Assembly (NCBI RefSeq): GCF_964355755.1
Contig: NC_092672.1
Coordinates: 32,246,437 to 32,310,436, forward strand
Direction of reading: 5' to 3'
DNA from: Antedon mediterranea
Taxonomy: Eukaryota > Animalia > Echinodermata
DNA length: 64,000 nt
Part shown: positions 38,845 through 50,277 of the stretch, piece after piece
Numbering within the stretch: the first letter of the stretch is position 1
Layout of the letters: every line of letters begins with the position of its first letter
Translations under genes and position numbers: made by a program
The notes under the pieces: generated by a model
What the model was told of the DNA's origin: nothing
Database searches by the model: none
What the model saw: the letters and a program-made list of their open reading frames with translations, nothing else

Positions 38845-41800
38845 GAGCAATCCGCCATTTTCTCACAAATACAGTATCAAATTTCACTATATAAAAAATC
38901 GTAATTGAGTTACACTAAGATTTAAAAGATGAGGGCTGAGTAAACGGGACCAGCGGTCCCACCCAAACTTATACTGGACGACTAAGGAGGTCCCCTAGTA
39001 TAATCCCACCATGTGACTCCCAGGAGCAATCCGCCATTTTCTCACAAATACAGTATCAAATTTCACGATAATATTAAAGATCGTAATTGAGTTACACTCA
39101 GATTTAAAAGATGAGGGCTGAGTAAACAGGACCAGTGGTCCTACTCTAACTTATACTGGACGACTAAGAAGGTACCCTAGTATAATCCCACCAAGTGACT
39201 CCCAGGAGCAATCCGCCATTTTCTCACAAATACAGTATCAAATTTCACTATAATATTAAAAATCGTAATTGAGTTACACTCAAATTTAAAGGATGAGGGC
39301 TGAGTAAACGGGACCAGTGGTTTCACCCTAACTTATACTGGACGACTAAGGAGGTACCCTAGTATAATCCCACCAAGTGACTCCCAGGAGCAATCCGCCA
39401 TTTTCTCACAAATACAGTATCAATTTTCACTATAATATTAAAAATCGTAATTGAGTTACACTCAGATTTAAAAGATGATTGCTGAGTAAACAAAACCAGC
39501 GGTCCTACTCTCACTTATACTGGACATCTAAGGAAGTACCCTAGTATAATCCCACCGAGTGACTTCCAGGAGCAATCCGCCGTTTTCTCACAAATACAGT
39601 ACAAAATTTCACTATAATATTAAAAATCTTAATTGAGTTACACTCAGATTTAAAAGATCTCCTGGGAGTCACTTGGTGGGATTATACTAGGGGACCTCCT
39701 TAATTGTCCAGTATAAGTTAGAGTAGGACCGCTGGTCCCGTTTACTCAGGAGCAATCCGCCATTTTCTCACAAATACAGTATCAAATTTCACTATATAAA
39801 AAATCGTAATTGAGTTACACTAAGATTTAAAAGATAAGGGCTGAGTAAACGGGACCAGCGGTCCCACCCAAACTTATACTGGACGACTAAGGAGGTCCCC
39901 TAGTATAATCCCACCAAGTGACTCCCAGGAGCAATCCGCCATTTTCACACAAATACAGTATCAAATTTCACGATAATATTAAAGATCGTAATTGAGTTAC
40001 ACTCAGATTTAAAAGATGAGGGCTGAATAAACAAGACCAGTGGTCCTACTCTAACTTATACTGGACAACTAAGGAGGTACCCTAGTATAATCCCACCAAG
40101 TGACTCCCAGGAGCAATCCGCCATTTTCTCACAAATACAGTATCAAATTTCACTATAATATTAAAAATCGTAATTGAGTTGCACTCAAATTTAAAAGATG
40201 AGGGCTGAGTAAACGGGACCAGTGGTCCCACCCTAACTTATAATGGACGACTAAGGAGGTACCCTAGTATAATCCCACCAAGTGACTCTCAGGAGCAATC
40301 CGCCATTTTCTCACAAATACAGTATCAACCTTCACTATAATATTAAAAATCGTAATTGAGTTACACTCAGATTTAAAATATGCTTGCTGAGTAAACAAAA
40401 CCAGCGGTCCTACTCTCACTTTTACTGGACATCTAAGGAAGTACCCTAGTATAATCCCACCGAGTGACTTCCAGGAGCAATCCGCCGTTTTCTCACAAAT
40501 ACAGTACCAAATTTCACTATAATATTAAAAATTGTAATTGAGTTACACTCAGATTTAAAAGATGAGGGCTGAGTAAACATAACCAGCGGTCCTACTCTCA
40601 CTTATACTGGACAACTAAGGAGGTACCCTAGTATAATCCCACCGAGTGACTTCCAGGAGCAATCCGCCGTTTTCTTACAAATACAGTATCAAATTTCACT
40701 ATAATATTAAAAATCGTAATTGAGGTACACTAAGATTTAAAAGATGAGGGCTGAGTAAACAAGACCAGCGGTCCTACTCTAACTTATACTGAACAACTAA
40801 GGAGGTACCCTAGTATAGTCGCACCGAGTGACTTCCAGGAGCAATCCGCCGTTTTCTCACAAATACAGTACCAAATTTCACTATAATATTTAAAATCGTA
40901 ATTGAGTTACACTCAGATTTAAAAGATGAGGGCTGAGTAAACGGGACCAGTGGTCCCACCCTAACTTATACTGGACGACTAAGGAGGTACCCTAGTATAA
41001 TCCCACCAAGTGACTCCCAGGAGCAATCGGCCATTTTCTCACAAATACAGTATCAAATTTCACTATAATATTAAAAATCGTAATTGAGTTACACTCTGTT
41101 TTAAAAGATGAGGGCTGAGTAAACAAGACCAGCGGTCCTACTCTAACTTATACTGGACGACTAAGGAGGTACCCTAGTATAATCCCACCAAGTGACTCCC
41201 AGGAGCAATCCGCCATTTTCTCACAAATACAGTATCAAATTTCACTATATAAAAAATCGTAATTGAGTTACACTCAGATTTAAAAGATGAGGGCTGAGTA
41301 AACGGGACCAGTGGTCCCACCCTAACTTATACTGGACGACTAAGGAGGTACCCTAGTATAATCCCACCAAGTGACTCCCGGGAGCAATCCGCCATTTTCT
41401 CACAAATACAGTATCAAATTTCACTATAATATTAAAAATCGTAATTGAGTTACACTCAGATTTAAAAGATGAGGGCTGAGTAAACAAGACCAGCGGTCCT
41501 ACTCTAACTTATACTGGACGACTAAGGAGGTACCCTAGTATAATCCCACCAAGTGACTCCCAGGAGCAATCCGCCATTTTCTCACAAATACAGTATCAAA
41601 TTTCACTATATAAAAAATTGTAATTGAGTTACACTCAGATTTAAAAGATGAGGGCTGAGTAAACGGAACCAGCGGTCCTACTCTAACTTATACTGGACGA
41701 TTAAGGAGGTCCCCATGTATAATCCCACCAAGTGACTCCCAGGAGCAATCCGCCATTTTCTCACAAATACAGTATCAAATGTCATTATAATATTAAAGAT

Positions 41801-42527
41801 CGTAATTGAGTTACACTCAGATTTAAAAGATGAGGGCTGAGTAAACAGGGCCAGCGGTCCTACTCTAACTTATACTGAACGACTAAGGAGGTACCCAAGT
41901 ATAATCCCACCAAGTGACTCTCAGGAGCAATCCGCCATTTTCTCACATATACAGTATCAAATTTCACTATAATATTAAAAATCGTAATTGAGTTACACTC
42001 AGATTTTAAAGATGAGGGCTGAGTAAACAAGACCAGCGGTCCTACTCTAACTTATACTGGACGACTAAGGAGGTACCCTAGTATAATCCCACCAAGTGAC
42101 TCCCAGGAGCAATCCGCCATTTTCTCACAAATACAGTATCAAATTTCACTATATAAAAAATCGTAATTGAGTTACACTCAGATTTAAAAGATGAGGGCTG
42201 AGTAAACGGGACTAGTGGTCCCACCCTAACTTATACTGGACGACTAAGGAGGTACCCTAGTATAATCTCACCAAGTGACTCCCAGGAGCAATCCGCCATT
42301 TTCTCACAAATACAATATCAAATTTCACTATAATATTAAAAGGTGCCAATGTAATTGGGCACTGAGTGTAACTCAATGATTGAGTTACACTCAGATTGAA
42401 AAGATGAGGGCTGAGTAAACAGGACCAGCGGTCCTACTCTAACTTATACTGGACGACTAAGGAGGTACCCTAGTATAATCCCACCAAGTGACTCCCAGGA
42501 GCAATCCGCCATTTTCTCACAAATATT
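38842..42527 (-). repeat. Reverse tandem array, about 20 copies of the same unit, interrupted by a forward half-unit at 39659-39749
   Basis: CAGGAGCAATCCGCCATTTTCTCACAAATA is the reverse complement of the forward unit. Confidence 0.97.
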
Positions 42528-42819
42528 GAATTTCTAATACTATAAAAACCTTAAGCAATACTGAAAATGTAAAAAATACACAAACGGCGTTTCATAGTTA
42601 TTGTCGGCTGGAAAAAATAAAAGTGGGCTGGCTTATTGTCGGCTGGCTTATTGTCGGCTAGCTTGACACAAGCGAAGATCATGTGCAAGTGACGCGATAT
42701 CGTCGTTGTGTTTGCGTGGAAAAATAAACCGATTTTAGGCCTAAAGATTTTAAAACAAAATACAAGACTAAATTTTTCCAAATTTTATGAAATAGAATAA
42801 AACAAGTTCTTATTTTGTA

Positions 42820-45800
42820 ATGGATGGTCAATTTGATTCTAATCCTCTAGCTCGTGTTCCACTAAAGGTTAGTTTTGGTGCTTCAAATTGTTTTGAGCAT
42901 ATGTTTATCGACTCTTTTTCCCATCAAAATTTAGCTAGGCCTAGCTAGGCCCTCTATCTAGTAGCCTAGGCTGTACTATCTACTAAGGCCTAGCCTAGGT
43001 AGAAGTGCAGTAAGTGGATTACAGTAGTTTGGGCTTGGTCTACAGTCAGTAGGCTAGCCTAGCGTGTTATCACAGGGAACATGTGGTTACTAATAACCTA
43101 CTGTAGTAGTAGTGGTGGTGGGCGTGCTATAGTAATATTAATGAAATAAGAAAACTGTTCTTCTTACATGTTGTCTTTTTCTTTATGTAATGTACATTTT
43201 AGTGAGAATTTGAATAAATAAAAAAAAATAAATATTTTTTTCAAGTTTTGCCTTTTGAATTTTGTTGAGAGTCCACTGTATACACAGTATATGATGGGCC
43301 TTTAAATTTTAAATCGTCGTTTTTACTCACGGCATTGCCCCATTGTCTTTATTGAGTACAACTTACAATACAATGTCTGGCTGGCTTTACACACTATTGT
43401 CTTTTTTACTCACGATATGCATGGATTTGTTTTTTTTTATTACTGTAAGTACGTTCTTTACAGGGCACTCAATAGTAGTACACAAAATATCAATTAGAAG
43501 ATACAACAGATTTCATGAATGATATCGTCGTAAAGTGATGAACAATTTTTTTATATTAAAGCCCCATTCCCTACGTTTTTTAGATCTAATTTAAGATCAC
43601 AAACTATATTTAATGTAAAAATAATACTATATGGTCCTATTGCGATAACTTTTTTTGTCTTTAAACGGTTAAAAATGTGAAAAATAAGTCGATTTTAATC
43701 ATTATAGCGGCCCGCTATAAATCCCAAAATGCATTGCGCGCGGATTGATATTTTTGTTTTTCACCTGTAATTCGCCCACTTTTCGATCGATCGTGAGGCC
43801 AAAACAAATGGAAGACTCCTAACTTTTCAGCGAAAATACCGGGTTTTCCCCAATTTGTATCAACGGAGTCTGGCAAAAATAGAAAGACAATTAATGCAGC
43901 AACTATACAACGTCAGGCTAGGTATATAGCTAGCGTACGATGTTCGTACGTTACCGATATTTACCAGCTAGGCCTACAAAACTAAGCCTAGCCAGGCTAG
44001 GCCTAAGACCGTCCACGAGAGGTCGATCGCCGCGAGCTACTTAGGTAGTGCATTGTTTCTCACTTTTTATCATAATTTACCATAAAACGTACATTAAGAC
44101 AAGGAATGACATGGTTTAATGTTTTTAAAGTGATATATATGTATTATTTTCCAAAAAACGTCCAAAATTGCAGGGAAGGGGTCTTTAAACAAATGTTTTT
44201 TTAAAGCTTTGTATAATTCTAAAAGGTTCTGAGCCTGAGGTAAGACCAATTTACAAAGACAAGTGGTAAAACGGTACGTGCAGAAAATCGCGTAGCTTGT
44301 CTTAGACTGGAAACCCACTCGGGATAGATACCTGGGTTTTACAGTATGTGGCCCACATAAAACCCAGGTATTAACCTGAACAGGTTTACGATAAGCTGTC
44401 TGCTTCACGTTGTGTGTGAATGGTAATAAGAAATAACACACTGTAGATTCTATTTTGTTTTCCGCTTACTGTTACCGCTTTCCTGTGTAAATTGGCCTTT
44501 AGACCTTAATTGTATTATGCATGAATTGTGCATTGGAGCGTAAATAATGACCCATGAAGCGCTGCGTAATGTTCAATTACAGAACAGTTGCACCTAAGGA
44601 ATACGGTAGACTAGTAACTATCATTAGTTCTGAACACAACAATTACTGTACGTACTAATATATACAGTACCAGTTGCTGACAAATATGAAGTGATGATGA
44701 TATCACCTCTGTCCACACTCCTTTTAGCCAGGAGAGAAATCTGTATAAACCTCTGTTCACACATAGAGTCTGTACAACAAACATGCTTTTGCTAATGTAT
44801 GTTAACTTGAACAGGATTACATTGCAGAAGTACACAGCATCCTCTCTTAATTTTTTCTATGAACCATTTTAATAACTAATACTTTCGACAACGGATGAAA
44901 TTTATGAAAATTGACATACAATTATATTATATAAACAAAGAGGTGAAGAAAAAAAATTTACTCAATTTTGACATCAAACTAATTTTTTCTCAATTGTGGT
45001 TTTTTTTTAATATTCTTGTTTTTAAAATCTTGTCTTACAGGCGGTTGTCATCATACATTTTGTATTAACAATATGGTATGTAAAATTTTGTTGTCATTCG
45101 TTTTTTGCGTTTGTTTGTTCATTGTGTGTTGAGTGCCTTATGCATGTCAGCCTCAGCTGTCAGAACCACCCTCATTAAACAAAGTTTAATGAAAAAATAA
45201 ATTAAAAAAAACAAAGCTACTGTACACTACAGTAGTGTTACCATGGACCTATAAATGTTATAATTTACAGGGGCGGATTGCTATAAAACAGTCTTAACTA
45301 ATGGTCTTAACTCCCCGATTAAAGCCGGCTTTATCTGATAGATGGTCTTACTAAAGCCACCCCTGTTAGACCATTGCTATAAAACAGTCTTAGATAAGAC
45401 CGCGTAAAGTAACAAATTGAGGGCGTACTTTGCGCGTAGAATACCAAATAAGGTAATGTTCGTCACGCTTGTTCAATTCACAATCATAACAGTACGTACA
45501 TTTCTACGCAAGAAAATCTATTCTAGGGCTATATAAGAATAAAATCACCGTTATTATTTGATTTAACACTTAAAACTCGTTCTATTGGTTGTCTTTGACG
45601 ATAAATAATACGTAAAAGCAACAAAAATAGAGGTTTAAGACTGTTTTAAGACTCCTTTGAGTAGGCTTTAATTTTAAAGACCGTTTACAGGTTAGACCGC
45701 GGTATAGCAATGGTCTATAATGTAAGACTGGGACTACTTGCTACGTCACGAATTATAGCCGGCTAAGCGCTAAGACCGGTTATAGACCGCTTATAGCAAT

Positions 45801-48800
45801 CCGCCCCTGGTCTATGGTGTTACTTAGTAACATTCTTGTATAGTAACTATGTAAATAATACAGTAAACAGGGTACTGTACAGTATTTACTCTGTATTTAG
45901 ATGTGGAAGGTGCAACACCCACCTTTCAGCCAAATATACAGTAATTGTACAGATTACAATTAAGCTTTATATAATGGATGAAGCTGTAACAGGGTTTTCC
46001 CCTCTTAGATTCCAATTCTACCTTCTTGTAATACAGTACCGTAGCTGCTGCAGGCCCCCATAGCCAGAATTTTGATGGAGGAGTTCGAATTTGGAAAAAG
46101 TTGCTGGACCAACAACCATGGCTAATTGTATTATAAAAGATCATAGTTTATGGAGAGGGTATGGTACAATCAAACCATATCCATGCCCCCAGACCATCAT
46201 AATAACAGTATATACCACCAAATTGAAACTTTCTTTTAGTATTACACTTTAAAAATATTAAATACTTCAAATTTATAATTGTTTTTTTTTAATATATTTT
46301 TTTGGCCATTAAATGTGTGTGACCACTAGGTAAAACGTTTGTTTGTTGAAACCTCCCCAACCTTCTGGCTACAGGCCAGTGTGCTGTTTGTTTAACCACA
46401 GTATTACAAAATACAGGCTTATGATCGACAGTACCTTATTACAGTAGTACGTTTTATGGTTCCAAGCAGGCAGTGTTATATTCAGGACATTCAACATCAT
46501 TTTGGTTAACATTCCTCCCTTTATTTTTTGTAGGGCTTCACAAAGTGGGTTTTTACCCGATGCGTACTTAATAATGAACATCACCATAATATTTTGCGGC
46601 CTGTGGGCTATCGCACACTCTGAGTCAATCGACAGTATACAAATGGTAAGAATTGTACAGTAATCCCGGTATTATAATGGTAAAAGTGACCGTAATGTGA
46701 AATTCAATATGGCAACTTATGGTGTTTTATACTTGAGACTGAGTGTAAACTGTATTCATTATTCACTCTCCACTCTCTTACGGAATCTACTGTAAGTATC
46801 AATATAGTGAAATTATTATAAAGAGAAATATCTCCCTTGAATATGATCATTGCCTGGTTATTATTTTATAACTTGCACTACAGTACATAATTATGTTTTA
46901 CATCATCATCAAATATTAGTGTTAAATGTTTGTTTATGTTTTTTTTTAGTACCTCTTCTTACATGTAATAAGCATTGCAATGGATATAATCTTTCTTGCT
47001 GTATTTTTTGATACACCTTATAAAGACTGTAAGTATAAACACATTCTGTTCTCCTCTCCATTTCCTATCAATAATTTCCCCCACATTCCTTCCACCCCAC
47101 CCCCACGCCACCCACTTTATTACTGCAGTAAAGCAAGATACAGTACATTCAAACATACAGTACTATACTGTAGTGCTCATAAAATATTTGTGCTCTCACA
47201 GCACTTTAGTAGTGTGCAATAGAGTACACACAGTACTATGGCTCCTATTGGATATTTTAAATTAATTTTTTTTTTATTTCTTCCTTTTATGCCTTTCAAC
47301 TTGGGGTTTGGCTACTAATTTCCTATCTTTTGCATTGTAAATAATTCAGAGCAGTCCCTGGCCGATTAATTATCATTAATAATTCTACTAATTAATGATT
47401 CATATTCTGTACTCCTTGTTTTTGCTTTATCAAATTTTATATATTAATTATTTTTTTTCACTATAGCAAGTTCTGTGAAATTCAGCAAGACGTATCCTTT
47501 TACTTTCATATATAAATTGTAGACTACAGTAGTACAATATCATTTAATGATAACCTGAGAAATGTTATTTTAATACTGCTACGGTAACTAAGGTCATCTA
47601 AAAATAGCACCTTATTATAGAAGATGACTTCTACCATCAATAATTTCCCCTTTAAGTGCTATATGCACATCGGTTCTCGTCAGATCACCGAAGTTAAGCA
47701 ACGTTGGGCCTGGTTAGAGCTTGGATGGGAGATCATCTGGGACTATATCAGGTGCTGTATATGGAGCTGGGGTCCCATTGGGCATTTGAAATCAGCACTG
47801 CTGGCTATTATGGCAGCCTCTGCATCTAGTATCTGCCTCAGACATATTGGCCCATGCCTTTCCTCTAGCCAAGACAGAGCACTGGACAAGAGAAGCCCTT
47901 GATCAATGATAGGACCAGCCAAGGTGCTTTAAACAGTCCTGGCTTACAGTAGTTTTATCCGTCATACAGATGAATGTCATTGAACTAATTAGTTATCCGC
48001 ATTCAGCGGATAACTCCTTGTAACTGTCCTGTTTCATCATCTTTTTAGTTATCCGCACTTGGCGGATAACTCCTTGTTATTGTATGGGATCTTTTTCCTT
48101 TTCTGTATTATTCTTCTGTCTTTCTTCCTTTTTTTGTGAGCCCTGTTTCTCTAAAATGTGTAAACAGAACATATCGTAACTTTGTCAAAATATAGACATT
48201 TACGTGAAGTTGTGCACCTCCTATTTTTGAAAAACGTCAGAGTTGCGCAACGTGACTTGCACGCAATTTTATGAATTTAAATTATTGATCATAGATTAAA
48301 AACCAAAAGTCGATTTGTATTGAGACTTGGTGAAAATTTAATTTATATCAAGAGTCAATTTTCTGTGGATTAAAAATGGCATGTTTCACACAAAGTTACG
48401 CGCGCACGCGCATTTAAAATTTCAAAATGCGCAAAATTAATTTCTAATCAACTTTTTACGCGTTTCATGTAATTTTAAGCATGTCAAAAATTCCCACGCG
48501 CCCGCAAATTTTTACGTGCGCATGTAGCGTTAAAAACATATTTTTTTCTCGTGATTTATGTTTTTCTAGCTTTTTTTAGTAATTTTATCAACTTTTAAAC
48601 AATTTCGACTTAAAATCACGTCATATGAGCACGTCGAATTAAACAATTTGTGCGCTTTTTTGATGAAAAAGTTCAAAAATTTGTCAAAATTATGCCTTTT
48701 TTTAAACAGTCGTAATTTCTAAACTGCACGGTCAACTTTTTGTGGATAACATATTCTGGAAGTTGATTAGTTGTATATATCGGATCATGTATTAATATGG

Positions 48801-50277
48801 CTAACCGGACATTATGACGTCATCGTATGGCCACGCAAATATAAAATAAAGGATTTTTGTATCTTTCGTTATAGGTCATCACATTTAATAGAGCGCATCT
48901 CAACTTAGCCGTTTTCCATTTTCACCCCGATTTTTATATTGTCTAGGTCAATCAACTATCTTTCGCATGAGTTACAAATATTTTAATTTTTATGACGTCA
49001 TCATGCCTAAAAATTTAAATTACGTGTGGCATTAATTTCATCTTTACAGTAAATTTTAATCTGTTATAGCTCGTAAGAATAAAATGTGATAATCACGATT
49101 AAAACGTTTTCTAGTAGCTATTGGATTGTAGATAGGAAATCATGTGAAAATTTTGCCAATCGGATGTTGTGATGTCATCATATGAATAGTTAAATAAAAA
49201 AAGTCGTATTTTCATCTTTTGCGTCATAATTTATTACATTTAAAAGAGCGCGCATCAATATTTTACGTATTTTAATTTCTTCTACACATTAATATGTTGT
49301 TGACGAGATAATTTCCTTCCGAAATTGCTATCTTAGTGTTTAATTTGAATACCGTCGCCATGTTAAAAAGTGGAATAAACGGTGGGTCCCGTAATTCCAC
49401 CTATTCTACACTGTATGTAATATGTATACAGATTATACTGTATATACTATATGACACAAAATAGACAGAATTCAGCACTAACAATACATGATATTCTTCA
49501 GTTCAGGTCATAATGCCATAATCTTTTTATGTGTGCAATATTCCAACGTATGACGTGCACGTGGCGTTTCTCGTGCGGATAACTAACTCGTCAAAGTGAC
49601 GAGTTTCATGTCTAGTTGACATTGTCATTTGCGACAGACGTCATTTGCGACAGACGTCATTGTCATTTGCGACAGACGTCATTGTCATTTGCCACAGGCG
49701 TCATTGTCATTTGCGACAGACGCGTCATTGTCATTTGCGACAGACGTCATTGTCATTTGCGACAGACGTCATTGTCATTTGCGACAGACGTCATTGTCAT
49801 TTGCGACAGACGTCGGCCATAAACTATATAACAGTATTTGTACGAAGTTGAGATAGTGAGTAGAATTTCGACATTCCCAATGAACTCTCAAATCAACAAA
49901 TAGTAACACAAGTGTAAGAAATGGGATTGTGTTATATTTGTGGATTGTACCATTTTTATATGGGGGTATTCAATTAATTGAATTTAAGCATTCAGTGTTG
50001 TGTTATCCATGTACACCCCTTTTCCATGTGCACATCTTTTTATTTGTGTATATTCCTTAACCAATGTTTTAGTATGTCTATTATCAACCTCCTGGTGAAG
50101 CCTCTGTCCTCGTTCATTTTGCTTGTGCATTTCCGTAATCGAGGCGGTCAGTACAGCAGCTATCCGTCTCCTTCAGCTAGCGGCTACGAGAATGTTGACC
50201 AACCGCTGCCTTCGAACAGCCAAGTGGAAGCAGCCAACTCTCCAACCTCTTTCCAGAAGCCGTACATACCACAGTAA
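42820..50277 (+). CDS. AGTRAP: Type-1 angiotensin II receptor-associated protein homolog, 167 aa; exons 42820-42867, 45041-45075, 46534-46645, 46950-47028, 47467-47491, 50073-50277
   Basis: Spliced product MDGQFDSNPLARVPLK-AVVIIHFVLTIW-ASQSGFLPDAYLIMNITIIFCGLWAIAHSESIDSIQM-YLFLHVISIAMDIIFLAVFFDTPYKD-SSSVKFSKT-MSIINLLVKPLSSFILLVHFRNRGG..GYENVD aligns with recalled human AGTRAP (NLKVILLGHWLLTTW..GVWAVAQRDSIDAISM..MAILSLLLKPLS..RERGG..AYQTID). All phases are compatible (504 nt). Confidence 0.9.
43560..44184. mobile_element. Kolobok-like non-autonomous element (TTAA TSD)
   Basis: TTAA|AGCCCCATTCCCTAC ... GCAGGGAAGGGGTCT|TTAA, an imperfect 15-bp TIR. Confidence 0.65.
45268..45809. mobile_element. 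MITE with perfect 19-bp TIR
   Basis: CAGGGGCGGATTGCTATAA ... TTATAGCAATCCGCCCCTG, with subterminal (GT)CTTA/TAAGAC repeats. TSD not clear. Confidence 0.75.
47663..47946 (+). pseudogene. 5'-truncated 5S rRNA-derived sequence (47663-47759) fused to a non-5S body: 5S pseudogene or SINE3-like element
   Basis: CGGTTCTCGTCAGATCACCGAAGTTAAGCAACGTTGGGCCTGGTTAGAGCTTGGATGGGAGA..CTGGGA..GGTGCTGTA matches animal 5S rRNA including boxes A and C. Lacks the 5' end and the T-run terminator. Confidence 0.8.
48042..49617 (+). mobile_element. Helentron-associated non-autonomous element (HINE/DINE-like), about 1.57 kb
   Basis: SubTIR TTAGTTATCCGCAC (48045-48058) / GTGCGGATAACTAA (49573-49586), 5' palindrome AGTTATCCGC..GCGGATAACT, 3' hairpin ACTCGTCA-AAG-TGACGAGT, terminal CTAGT. 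Confidence 0.75.
49618..49813. repeat. 22-bp minisatellite (GTCATTGTCATTTGCGACAGAC), about 9 copies
   Basis: Directly visible. Explains the three overlapping repetitive ORFs. Confidence 0.95.

Larger units (their letters stand above)
30949..42673. mobile_element. 11.7-kb foldback-type (Mutator-like) non-autonomous element made of satellite arms
   Basis: 9-bp TSD GAAGATCAT (30940-30948, 42674-42682). About 150-bp outer TIRs (GCTTGTGTCAAGCTAGCCGACAATAAGCC...) differing at about 2 positions. Inside are 180-182-bp units, forward to 38844 and then reversed. No internal ORF in the track. Confidence 0.93.
47492..50072 (+). other. U12-type (minor spliceosome) GT-AG intron of AGTRAP
   Basis: 5' splice site GTATCCTTT. 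Branch site TTCCTTAAC at 50053-50061, 11 nt before the end of the intron. No long polypyrimidine tract. Confidence 0.9.

Noticed and set aside
31107-42527. CRISPR array or ribozyme-bearing satellite
   Set aside because: Units are contiguous near-identical repeats with no unique spacers and no cas genes. Small hairpins exist, but no hammerhead core (CUGANGA...GAAA) and no pol III B box was found on either strand.
42551-42781. 76-aa minus-strand ORF
   Set aside because: Runs through the TIR and promoter. The ADNKP repeats are just the 15-bp TIR repeats.
45268-45286. Shared GGCGGATTGCT between a MITE TIR and the satellite unit
   Set aside because: An 11-bp match with no extension, consistent with chance.
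47624-47902. 92-aa ORF or functional 5S rRNA gene
   Set aside because: The ORF is a translation of 5S-derived sequence. The 5S copy is truncated, mutated and unterminated.
49616-49856. Three overlapping repetitive ORFs
   Set aside because: By-product of a stop-free 22-bp minisatellite.
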